From Promethearchaeota archaeon (lineage in GTDB: Archaea > Asgardarchaeota > Lokiarchaeia > Sigyniarchaeales > SOKP01): a stretch of 64,000 bases of DNA. Under the pieces are notes generated by a model. It was not told the origin of the DNA. It saw only the letters and a list, made by a program, of their open reading frames with translations, and searched no databases. Where the stretch lies: positions 9,857 to 73,856 of the forward strand of contig JAHLWS010000031.1 of assembly GCA_019057795.1 (NCBI GenBank), in the 5' to 3' direction. The position numbers were made by a program, and so were the translations under genes. This document shows, piece after piece, positions 30,542 through 40,150 of the stretch; the stretch's first letter is position 1, and each line of letters starts with the position of its first letter.

Positions 30542-30814
30542 ATGGCTGATACAATTTCCCCCGAATTAAGAGAAAAAATTGATTTAGTTGTCGAAAAAGC
30601 AATAGTAAGGCTAATCGAAAAAGCTTCAAAAGATCAATCGTTAGAGGAGTTAATAAAAACTCTAATAGTTGAAAAAGTAATGAGTAAACTTAAATCTTTA
30701 ATGAATAGGTACATAGCGAAAAAAATAGCTAGAAAAGCAGTTGAAAGAATAGTCGATAGAATGTGGGATAGACACAGAGATAAATTAATGGCAAAGATTA
30801 GAGCGTTAAAATAA
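30542..30814 (+). CDS. Small basic helical hypothetical protein
   Basis: 90-aa ORF, amphipathic helical, K/R-rich C-terminus. Confidence 0.65.
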   Translation: MADTISPELREKIDLVVEKAIVRLIEKASKDQSLEELIKTLIVEKVMSKLKSLMNRYIAKKIARKAVERIVDRMWDRHRDKLMAKIRALK

Positions 30815-30842
30815 TTTTCAATTAACTTCCTTTTTCAAAGAC

Positions 30843-31304
30843 CTAACGAGTTCTTTGATTTTTTTCAATATATCGCTGGTGATATTCTTCCGCTATAAAA
30901 AATTCTGAGACTGGTTTAATCTCCGTAACTATTGGTTTTTTATATGTTCCAGCCTTTTTATGCCTAATTTTTGCCAGGAGGGCGTTTTTTTTCTGTTCTT
31001 CGTTATGATAAAATATGACAGATCTATATTGGGTGCCAATATCCCAACCTTGTCGATTAAGGCTCGTTGGATCGTGGATGTTCCAAAAAATGTTTAACAA
31101 TTCTTCGTAAGACACAATAGAAGGATCGTAAACAATTTCAACTACTTCGGCGTGCCCAGTTTCGCTCGAACACACGTCTTTATAGGTCGGATTTTTCAAA
31201 GTTCCGCCGCTGTAACCTACTCTTGTTGAGATAACGCCATTAGTTTTTCGAAATTTTTCTTCTATGCCCCAAAAACAGCCTGCTCCAAATGTTGCTTTCT
31301 CCAT
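30843..31304 (-). CDS. msrA: Peptide methionine sulfoxide reductase MsrA (Cys form)
   Basis: FGAGCFWG, TGHAE, GTQYRS, AEEYHQRY; start at MEKATF (31304). Confidence 0.96.
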   Translation of the reverse strand: MEKATFGAGCFWGIEEKFRKTNGVISTRVGYSGGTLKNPTYKDVCSSETGHAEVVEIVYDPSIVSYEELLNIFWNIHDPTSLNRQGWDIGTQYRSVIFYHNEEQKKNALLAKIRHKKAGTYKKPIVTEIKPVSEFFIAEEYHQRYIEKNQRTR

Positions 31305-31440
31305 AGTTATATTTAGGATTAAAAAGAGGTTATTAATAAACAATTGGATAATTTCTTATAAACAAAAACGACTAAACGCAAATATTTTTAAAATAGATAT
31401 AGATAAAAGAAAAAATTTTAAAGGAAAATTTATTTAAGAA

Positions 31441-33081
31441 TTACTTTTTTTGAGATTCTAAATCTTTTAATTCGCGATGAAGTACTTTTCCCACTATTGT
31501 TTTTGGAATTTCATCAATAAATTGTACGAAACGCGGATATTTATCGCCTGCCATATTTTCTTTTGCCCAATTAATGATGTCTTGTTCGCTGATTCCCTTG
31601 TCCTTATATTCTTCCTTCAATACGATATATGCTTTAATGTTTTCGTTTCCCTTGTCATCAATTATTCCAATAACTCCGCATTCTTGAATTGCTTCGTGAT
31701 AATATAAGAGATCTTCTACTTCAGTGGGGTAAACTGAATGTCCTTTATATTTGATCAAGTTCTTTAACCTATCTTTTATGACAAAATATCCGTCTTCATC
31801 CATTAAACCTAAATCTCCCGTCCATAACCAACCGTCTTTAATCGTATTTTTAGTTTCCTCTTCATGTTTATAGTACCCCCTCATCATTTGCGGCCCTCTT
31901 ACTACTATTTCCCCTACCTCTCCGATTCCTAGCGTGTTGCCTTCAGCGTCACATATTTTTACGTCAGTATTAGGAAATGGCATTCCGATTGTGCCCAGTT
32001 TCAATTTGCCTTCGAATGGGTTTGCGGTAACGGCTGGAGACATTTCTGTTAAGCCGTATGCTTCTCGAAGCTTTGATCCTGTTAGTTCTTCAAATATTTT
32101 TCTTACATCATCTGGAAGTGGCCCTGCTGAGCTCAAGCAATACTTAATGCTAGACAAGTCATGATTTTGAATTCCTTCATAAATATTTAAATTGTTATAA
32201 ATAGCAGCGACTCCTGGAAAGACGGTAACTTTAGTTGCTTCGATGACTTCGATAACTTCGTGAGCCTCTCTGGGGTTGAATACGCACGCTAATTTCCACC
32301 CGTTATGGATGCACATGTTCATCATAAATCCCATATAAATATGGTAAAAGGGTAAAGCTGCGAGTAAAACCTCTTTTCCTAATTCTTTTTCAACAAACCA
32401 TGCTTCAGCTTGAAAAATGTTTGCAGCAATACTTCCGTGTGTCAGCATTGCTCCTTTGGGGAATCCCGTTGTCCCACCCGTATATTGTAGCTGAGCTAAA
32501 TCGTCTCGAGTGATCTCGACTACAGGCGGGTTTGGTAGAGTTTCTCTTATTAAATCTTCAAAAGTGGTTTCTCCTTCCATTGAAAACTCAGGTGGAGCCA
32601 TAGGATCTGGACTTAGATAAGGGCCTAAATTGCTATAAAACTTATGTGTTACACCAGTATCTTTAATTATAGGATCTACTAATCCCATAAAGCCCTCCCA
32701 GCCAATATATACTTTTGCGTCGCTATCGATTAGCTGTCGTTTTATCTCTAATTTCTTAAACAAAGGTGAGATTGGCGTAACTATGCCCCCTATTTTTAAA
32801 ATACCATAATAGTAGGCTATGAATGCGGGGTTATTAGTAAATTGGATTGCAACGCAATCACCTTTCTTTATGCCAAGTTCGGTTAATTTAGTCGCAACTC
32901 GGTAAACAATGTCAAGCAACATAGTATATGTGAGTTCGAACCCCATGAAATATGTTACAATGTTATCTGGGTAAGTTTTCACAGAATCTTCAAGAAAATC
33001 AATTAATGTTTTGTCTGGGATGTCAACTTCTTTTGGAACACCCTCTGGCCAATGTTTGTAATAAATTTTTTGATCTGACAT
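31441..33081 (-). CDS. fadD: Long-chain fatty acid--CoA ligase
   Basis: LQYTGGTTGFPKG, EAYGLTE, WLWTGD, PKTIVGK. Confidence 0.9.
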   Translation of the reverse strand: MSDQKIYYKHWPEGVPKEVDIPDKTLIDFLEDSVKTYPDNIVTYFMGFELTYTMLLDIVYRVATKLTELGIKKGDCVAIQFTNNPAFIAYYYGILKIGGIVTPISPLFKKLEIKRQLIDSDAKVYIGWEGFMGLVDPIIKDTGVTHKFYSNLGPYLSPDPMAPPEFSMEGETTFEDLIRETLPNPPVVEITRDDLAQLQYTGGTTGFPKGAMLTHGSIAANIFQAEAWFVEKELGKEVLLAALPFYHIYMGFMMNMCIHNGWKLACVFNPREAHEVIEVIEATKVTVFPGVAAIYNNLNIYEGIQNHDLSSIKYCLSSAGPLPDDVRKIFEELTGSKLREAYGLTEMSPAVTANPFEGKLKLGTIGMPFPNTDVKICDAEGNTLGIGEVGEIVVRGPQMMRGYYKHEEETKNTIKDGWLWTGDLGLMDEDGYFVIKDRLKNLIKYKGHSVYPTEVEDLLYYHEAIQECGVIGIIDDKGNENIKAYIVLKEEYKDKGISEQDIINWAKENMAGDKYPRFVQFIDEIPKTIVGKVLHRELKDLESQKK

Positions 33082-33267
33082 AATTTTACTTTTATATAAT
33101 ATGTTATTTATTATTTTTGTTCTGAATATAAGTTAAAATTATGCTTAAGTACGGAAGAATTATTAACCTAGATATTAAGATATTCAGATAAAATTTTTAA
33201 TGATTAATCTTTTAAAGGATTATTAATATAATTCGAAGAAAAACAACGTTATATTATTGTTAATGAG

Positions 33268-33813
33268 GTGTTCAAAATCGACCGAGATGGTGCTTTTAAA
33301 TTATGTATTTTTGGAGATGGTGGAGTTGGAAAGACTACTCTTATTCAAAGATATCTTACCAAAGTATTCGATGAAGATTTAAAAATGACGATTGGTGCAG
33401 ATTTCTCTATTAAAAAATTCGAAATTGAAGGGAAAAAAGTTGTCGTTCGAATATGGGATTTTGCTGGAGAGGAACGCTTCAGAGTTCTTTTACCTAGTTT
33501 TGCGAAAGGCGCTGATGGGGGGATCTTTATGTATGATATTTCAAGATATACAAGTATAAAGAACTTAAGAGATTGGCTCTCAATATTTGAAAGAAATGTG
33601 AGAGACAAACAAATAAAAATACCTATAATTATGGTTGGAGGTAAGTTGGATCTTGAGGATAAACGATCTGTTGAAACAGCTGAAGCTATTGAGTTGTCGA
33701 AAACCCACAATTTACAAGGTATTTATGAGTGTTCTTCTAAAACAGGAGTTAATGTGGAAGATATATTCGAACATATCACGCGTAAAATGATGGAAAAGGC
33801 TGGTATGCTTTAA
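33268..33813 (+). CDS. Ras-superfamily small GTPase, Rab-like
   Basis: GDGGVGKT, TIGADF, WDFAGEERF, GGKLDL, ECSSK. Confidence 0.95.
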   Translation: MFKIDRDGAFKLCIFGDGGVGKTTLIQRYLTKVFDEDLKMTIGADFSIKKFEIEGKKVVVRIWDFAGEERFRVLLPSFAKGADGGIFMYDISRYTSIKNLRDWLSIFERNVRDKQIKIPIIMVGGKLDLEDKRSVETAEAIELSKTHNLQGIYECSSKTGVNVEDIFEHITRKMMEKAGML

Positions 33814-33888
33814 TTTCTCTACTTTTTATAGGTAATAAATCCAATCCTTTGGCTTTTAAACTAACTATATTAAAATGAATTTTTCGAG

Positions 33889-34701
33889 TTGAGTAGAAGC
33901 ATAGAGTGGAAATCCGATTTTGTTACTAATAACGGAAATAAGATTCATTATTATCGAACAGGAGGGGACAAACCTCCTGTATTACTTCTTCGTGGCATTA
34001 TGGATAATGGATTGTGTTGGACACCTCTTGGTCGTGTTTTAGCTAGTGACTATGATGTGATTTTACCAGATGCTAGAGGTCATGGATTGACTCATATATC
34101 TGACGAAACATGGACTTACGAAGCAATGGCAGATGATGTTGTTCTACTAATTAAAGCCCTTAATGTAGATAAAATACAGTTAGTTGGTCACTCTATGGGG
34201 GCTGATACAGCTGCTTTAGTAGCAGCGAAATATCCCGATCTTATTAAAAAGATTATTCTTGAAGATCCCGCCTTTAGTATAAGTGAAATATCATCGATTA
34301 AAAAATCTTCCTTTAAAATTGCGATGAAATTAATATTACCTCGATTTTTAAATAATACATATGAAGAACTATTAAAGAAAGGGCATAAGCAAACCCCATT
34401 ATGGTCTGACGAAGATTTAAAACCCTGGGCAGAGTCAAAAATTCAATTTAGGGAGAAAGATCCTAATTTAATATTTAAAATGTTTAAAAATGAATATAAA
34501 TGGGAGGAAATAATTAAAAAAATCTCTTGTCCAATTCTACTCATCACCGCGGATAAAGGATTAACCTCAGACAAGTTAGCATAGAAAGTAATGGATGTGA
34601 GTAAAGCCGGAAAATGGGTGAAAATCGAAGGCGCAGGCCATAGCATTCGGAGAGAGCAATTTAAACAATATGTTCAAATTACTAAAGAATTTTTAGACTA
34701 A
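33889..34701 (+). pseudogene. Alpha/beta hydrolase interrupted by an in-frame TAG (34582-34584)
   Basis: GHSMG nucleophile elbow; the frame continues after TAG as KVMDVSKAGKWVKIEGAGHSIRREQFKQYVQITKEFLD*, which contains the catalytic His. Confidence 0.85.
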
Positions 34702-35372
34702 CTTTTTTTCAATTAATTTTAAGTGAAAAAATTGTTTGTTCTTAACATAAAAAGATCGAATTGTGTATTAACTACAAATCGATTTTATGAATTAATTCTG
34801 AAATACTCTTCTTTTATTCTCGATTGCTTGTGTTGGACAATGTAATATTGGTAAAATTAGGTAACTATTGCATAAAACTCCTATCTTTACGTTTTAATTC
34901 AAAAAAATTCTTGTCTCTTCGAATGTCTTCGTTTATTTCTGCTAAATTCTCGTTTTGTAATAAATTCTCAAAAAAAGATAACATAGACTCATACGCTTCT
35001 TTGACATAAGTATTTGTTTGAGAGAATTCAAAAGAAATATCTTTTAGAAGATCAAAGTCTAATTTAATATCAACTTTCCTTGAGAGTTTCCTTCTTTTTT
35101 ATTAACTTTTGTATTAATTTCATTTGATAATAGAGAATTAGACTAAATATTTATTTAATAGATTTAACTGAGAAATATCATGAAACTTGAATTATTTACT
35201 TGAAAAGATTTGTTGAGAGTGTAATATCAGGATCTAATTAAGATATATCCCTTCTACAAATCTCACACAGAGCTGCATATCGCCGGAGGGTGAAAAATAT
35301 TTTATAAATTTAAGAAAACACTGAAATAATTTATCCTATAATTGAATTTAAATTATCTAATTAGAAATATTA

Positions 35373-35909
35373 TTATCCAGAAGATCTCTTGATAACTTTC
35401 ACTAACCCTTTTTTCCGAAGCTTATCTAACATATTTTCGACCTTATCAAGGGGTTTTTGCGAGATCTCAGCGCATTCTTGTACTGAATTCATTCCATCAC
35501 ACACTTTTAACAATTTGAACTCGTCTAATGATAACATTCCTAATTGAACGCTCATTGGCGAAACTTCTTTAACTACAATCGGGATCCTTACTTCTCCACC
35601 TTCCTCGACGGTTCCAGCTCCAACTTCACTCATACTCGGAGAATCCCCAAAAAACGATTTCACTCCCGTTATATCATAATTATCATTTATATAAAGATAA
35701 ATCGTGTGTTCCTGACCTGAAAAATCATCTGTATCTTCTAGATCGGGGTAAGGATTTATGTGTTTATGTTCTTTAGTATATATACCCATTTTTAATCCGG
35801 ATTTAATTTCGTCCTTATTTACCCTAATATTAACCATTTCGGAGCATATATCACACCAAGCCCAGGCTTCTATAAGGCTGAAGTATTTAATTACTTTATT
35901 CTCTGGCAT
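35373..35909 (-). CDS. Hypothetical protein with C-terminal wHTH
   Basis: CDGMNSVQECAEISQKPLDKVENMLDKLRKKGLVKV. Confidence 0.7.
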   Translation of the reverse strand: MPENKVIKYFSLIEAWAWCDICSEMVNIRVNKDEIKSGLKMGIYTKEHKHINPYPDLEDTDDFSGQEHTIYLYINDNYDITGVKSFFGDSPSMSEVGAGTVEEGGEVRIPIVVKEVSPMSVQLGMLSLDEFKLLKVCDGMNSVQECAEISQKPLDKVENMLDKLRKKGLVKVIKRSSG

Positions 35910-36104
35910 CGCGTTTTTCCAAAAATGTAAATTTTGAATAAAATAAACTTTATTATAATTATTATGTTGTGAATTAATATAAATATAGATTATGAATAAT
36001 TCCGTAGAAATTTAGGTCTAAATTAGTTTTTAAAATCGAAAATAATTAAAGTTAGAGGATATTTTACTATCCATTATAGTTAACCAAGACTAATAATAAT
36101 AACG

Positions 36105-36281
36105 ATGTCAAGTTATAAAAAAAACATGTGTTTCTCTTGTGGACGCCCTATAGCTCCTTTTGAAGGTGCAGTTCATTTTCCTTGTCCTCAATGTGGAGAT
36201 GTTACTATTTGGAGATGCGAAAGATGTAGAGCTATGGGGAACCAATATACTTGTTTAAAATGTTCTTTTCAGGGACCTTAG
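36105..36281 (+). CDS. Small Zn-finger protein (DUF1610/HVO_2753-like), absent from ORF track
   Basis: MSSYKKNMCFSCG...FPCPQCG...IWRCERCR...YTCLKCSFQGP*; four CxxC motifs; canonical position upstream of aEF-1beta. Confidence 0.92.
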   Translation: MSSYKKNMCFSCGRPIAPFEGAVHFPCPQCGDVTIWRCERCRAMGNQYTCLKCSFQGP

Positions 36282-36307
36282 ATAAAAAAATAAAGAGATT
36301 GTTTAAA

Positions 36308-36574
36308 GTGGGAGAATTTGTAGCATTAATTGATGTTATTCCAGAAGACATAGATGTTGATTTTGAAGAACTCGTTTCAAAATTAAAAAGTGTACTTACC
36401 GATAACGCTGTTATCGAAAGTTATGATATAAAACCTGTCGCATTTGGGTTGAAGAAAGCAAGAGTCCGTGTTAGGTACCCTGAAGAATGGGGGGGCACAG
36501 ATAAAGTCGAAGAATTATTTGGACAAGTTGTTGGGATACAGGGGATTGAAGGGATCGCTTTTTCAAAAGCTTAG
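36308..36574 (+). CDS. ef1b: Translation elongation factor aEF-1beta
   Basis: VIPEDIDVDFEEL, KPVAFGLK, GGTDKVEE; GTG start at 36308. Confidence 0.93.
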   Translation: MGEFVALIDVIPEDIDVDFEELVSKLKSVLTDNAVIESYDIKPVAFGLKKARVRVRYPEEWGGTDKVEELFGQVVGIQGIEGIAFSKA

Positions 36575-37074
36575 TTTCCGCTGTCATTTTGTAGACTAAT
36601 CTTAAATTTAATCCGTTCTTTTAAGTCTTTCTTTGTCAAGTTTTGAATAATCTGAATTGAATCTAAATTTAATTTATCCTTATAATGAATTTTAAAAGCT
36701 TCTAACACTTCGTGAGCTTGATTAAAATTTTCAGCTTTTATTAGAACATCATAAATCTTTTCTATTTTACTCGCTGCTTCGTTAATTTCTGAAACAAAAA
36801 AATCCTTTTGAACTTTTTCAGCTATAATTTTCATAAATTCTTCTTGTTTTTTAATATGATGTTCCATATCATTTTCTATTGCCAATCTAATAACTTGTTC
36901 TGAATAAATAATAGCATCATCGTAAACACCTTTCATTAAACTACCCTCTGCTAAATCGCTTAATTCTACTATTTTTGAAAGCGTCTCTATTTGAGGATTC
37001 TTAATAGGAATATGACTATCTTCTTGCTCTAGTTTACCTTTTTTTACTTTCTGTTTTTTGTCCTTTTTTTTCAT
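36571..37074 (-). CDS. Hypothetical helical protein
   Basis: 167-aa ORF with TPR/MIT-like helical pattern. Confidence 0.6.
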   Translation of the reverse strand: MKKKDKKQKVKKGKLEQEDSHIPIKNPQIETLSKIVELSDLAEGSLMKGVYDDAIIYSEQVIRLAIENDMEHHIKKQEEFMKIIAEKVQKDFFVSEINEAASKIEKIYDVLIKAENFNQAHEVLEAFKIHYKDKLNLDSIQIIQNLTKKDLKERIKFKISLQNDSGN

Positions 37075-37178
37075 AAGAGATATATAGAATTTGTTTTGTT
37101 CTTCTTAATACTCTAATTGAAAACTTGCTATTTATATCTTAATTATTTGAAGAATTGCATAATGAGTAAAAAAACCAT

Positions 37179-39023
37179 TTAAACTATTCTTTTAAAAAGT
37201 TTATCTAGTTCTTTGAATGAGATAAATTTCAACGTCGGTCTTCCATGAGCGCAATGAAACGAGTCCTTACAATTTGCTAAATCTATAATTAACGATCTAA
37301 CCTTTTTTAACGACAAGTCGTCACCCCCTCTAATGCTTTTGTGACAAGCTAAATAATTAATAATTTCTTCTAATTTTTCTGAGAAGCTTTTATCTTTCCC
37401 TATTTCTGTTATATCACTTATTATTTCTTTAATAATCTGCATACTCGGGTTTTTTCCTATTATTATTGGGATTGATCTTAAAATGAAAGTGTTACCTCCA
37501 AAATGTTCGAAATCAAATCCAAGTCGATTAATTTCCTTTAAATTGAGTTGTAAAAAGAATTTCTCGCTCGGACTTACCTCAATTTTAAGCGGCGAAATTA
37601 ATTTTTGCTTACTTTTTACGGATTTTTTATAAAGATCGTAAAAAAATTCCTTATTTACGCGCTCCGATGCTGCGTGTTGATCCAAGATATATACACCGCC
37701 CTCGTCATTTTCATTAATTCCTTCTAAAACTATGTAAGTTTTATTACTTAATTGGCCAGTGCGAGATATTAATCGAAGTTTAGGAAAATTTTTTGCTATG
37801 ATATAATTTTCTCTCAAAAAAGTTTCTGCTGAAGGTGTTTCCCCCAATCCTTTATCAACATCGCGATCAGTTAAACTTAATTGAACAGATTTATCAATTT
37901 GGTATTTTGAACTTTTTTCAGACTCATCTACTGAAATTTCAGACTTATCGTACGGTTCTTCTTTATTATCTTCAGCTTGAGGTGATGTAAATTTACTAAT
38001 TTCTTGAAAATCGTAAGTAACTTCTTTTTCAATAAACTTTTCTTCAACAAATTTACGAACGATATTATAAACCTTATTATATATGTAATCTTCGTTTTCA
38101 AACCTTATATGTAACTTTTTAGGGTGTACGTTAAAATCAATTACAGAGGGATCTATTTCTAAATGCAAAACGAAAAAGGGATATTTTCCTGTCATTAGAG
38201 TTCCTTTATACGCTTCTTGTATAGCTCTAAACAAAAGATCGCTTATGACATACCGCTTATTTAAGATTATACTTGAATACATCCTATTATTTTTTGAAAT
38301 CTCACTATGACCAAGTAACCCATGGAGTTTTAAATTTCCTTCCTTGAAATTGATAGGCTCCATAAATTTTGCCACATTTTTCCCATAAATATGAAAAACA
38401 GTCGTTTTCAAATCATTTAAAGCGGGACAATTAAGAATACTTAAATCATTATGCATATAAATGAAATGAAGATGAGGATAAGCTAAAGAATACCGCTGTA
38501 TGATATCAGTGATGTGGCCAAGTTCAGTAGGGTCTTTTTTTAGAAACTTTTGTCGCGCCGGAATATTGTAAAACAAATTTTTAACCTTGATATCTGTTCC
38601 AATAGGACAAAAAATTTCTTTTTTATCAATAATTCTTTTATCTTCTAATATTAATTTTACTCCTCGTTCTTTTTCCTTTATCCTTGAAGTTATTTCAACT
38701 TGACTAACTGCTGCAATACTAGCTAAAGCCTCCCCCCTAAAACCTAAAGTAGACAAAACCTCTAGATCTTCAATTTTGTTAATTTTACTACTTGTATGGC
38801 GCTCAAATGCTATTACAATCTCATCAGGAGGAATACCAATGCCATCGTCTATAACATGGATTAAACTTTTTCCAGCTTTTTTAACGATAATTCGAATTTC
38901 TTTCGCTCCAGCATCTATACTATTTTCAATTAATTCCTTCACGACATTCGCTGGTCTTTCTACTACCTCTCCGGCTGCGATCTTTTCGGCGTCATCTATT
39001 TTCTTTATTTTATTTCTTTTCAA
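37179..39023 (-). CDS. mutL: DNA mismatch repair endonuclease MutL
   Basis: IAAGEVVERP, GFRGEAL, DQHAASER, ACH, CAHGRP. Confidence 0.97.
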   Translation of the reverse strand: MKRNKIKKIDDAEKIAAGEVVERPANVVKELIENSIDAGAKEIRIIVKKAGKSLIHVIDDGIGIPPDEIVIAFERHTSSKINKIEDLEVLSTLGFRGEALASIAAVSQVEITSRIKEKERGVKLILEDKRIIDKKEIFCPIGTDIKVKNLFYNIPARQKFLKKDPTELGHITDIIQRYSLAYPHLHFIYMHNDLSILNCPALNDLKTTVFHIYGKNVAKFMEPINFKEGNLKLHGLLGHSEISKNNRMYSSIILNKRYVISDLLFRAIQEAYKGTLMTGKYPFFVLHLEIDPSVIDFNVHPKKLHIRFENEDYIYNKVYNIVRKFVEEKFIEKEVTYDFQEISKFTSPQAEDNKEEPYDKSEISVDESEKSSKYQIDKSVQLSLTDRDVDKGLGETPSAETFLRENYIIAKNFPKLRLISRTGQLSNKTYIVLEGINENDEGGVYILDQHAASERVNKEFFYDLYKKSVKSKQKLISPLKIEVSPSEKFFLQLNLKEINRLGFDFEHFGGNTFILRSIPIIIGKNPSMQIIKEIISDITEIGKDKSFSEKLEEIINYLACHKSIRGGDDLSLKKVRSLIIDLANCKDSFHCAHGRPTLKFISFKELDKLFKRIV

Positions 39024-39232
39024 TTTTTTGAGAATTTCATTTCCATTGATTTTTTGAAGTTAATATCTTTCACATTTTAATCAAATTTAAAATAATACTC
39101 TATTCAAGTTTAAATAAATTCGATTTTTTAATCGTTTCTAATAAAGTTCAAAATCTAAAGTAAATCTTTTAAATCGTTATAAATACTTTAGATTATTCAT
39201 TTTAATAATGTTACCATTAATATTTTAATAAA

Positions 39233-40150
39233 ATGAGAATCGAGAGAGAATTCCCCTTTCATAAATATTTCATATGTTTTTTAGCCTTTATCACCGTTTT
39301 ATTTATAGTTTTTAGGATCCTTATCAATGTATATGATTTTCCACTATTAATAGAAATCTCTCGCGATGCTGACTTCAATATTTTATTAAGATGGTTCCAG
39401 AATGGTTTAAGAGATTTTTATAAAAATGTGGAAATGTCTTCTGGAATTCCTGATATGCCGACAAACTATCTATATTTTTGGTACTTCTTGTTTTTACCTA
39501 TGCGGTTAATTCCTATTGAGGTTGGAGTTTATATATGGGATGCTTTAAGATTAATTTCTGTGAGTTATGTTATATTAAAAACTAATAAAATATTTGAAAA
39601 TCGTAAGGATCTTTTTATTTTTTACGGGTTATTAACAATAGGTTATATAATTGATGGATGGTTTAATAATGTCAATTTTGTAATACTATTCTTTCTGTAT
39701 CTGTCTTATTCTTTTTTGAAGGATGATGAAAAATTGCTTTCTGGAATTTTTTTTACTCTTGCTACATTTAAGATCAATTCAATTTTGTTTCTTCCAGTAA
39801 TTATAGCAGCAAGGAAAATTAAATATAGGGATTTAATATATTATTTAGTTCCATTCTTTATTATCTGTCTACCTTACATTATATTTCCAGATTTTTTTTT
39901 ACAGATGTTGAACAATATGCTGAGTAGTGATACAAATGTTCAAGGTCTAACTATATTAGACTCTCCTCTTTGGAAAGCTTTACAACCTTCTCATTTAATG
40001 TTTATTAGCTTTTTATATATCATTTTTCTCGAAAGCTTAACAGAAGGAAAAAGAAAAAAGCAGATTAGAATAATAATTATAATTCTCCTTAGCGCATATT
40101 ACATATATCATTCGTTAGTTGTTTGGGTATTTCCTATATTTTTACTTTAG
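39233..40150 (+). CDS. Polytopic membrane protein, GT-C fold (GT87/DUF2029-like)
   Basis: RDADF, YLYFWY, NNVN and LATFKIN motifs; multiple TM segments. Confidence 0.65.
   Translation: MRIEREFPFHKYFICFLAFITVLFIVFRILINVYDFPLLIEISRDADFNILLRWFQNGLRDFYKNVEMSSGIPDMPTNYLYFWYFLFLPMRLIPIEVGVYIWDALRLISVSYVILKTNKIFENRKDLFIFYGLLTIGYIIDGWFNNVNFVILFFLYLSYSFLKDDEKLLSGIFFTLATFKINSILFLPVIIAARKIKYRDLIYYLVPFFIICLPYIIFPDFFLQMLNNMLSSDTNVQGLTILDSPLWKALQPSHLMFISFLYIIFLESLTEGKRKKQIRIIIIILLSAYYIYHSLVVWVFPIFLL

Noticed and set aside
36251-36307. ORF-track N-terminal extension of aEF-1beta
   Set aside because: It overlaps the real Zn-finger gene ending at 36281; GTG at 36308 gives the normal length
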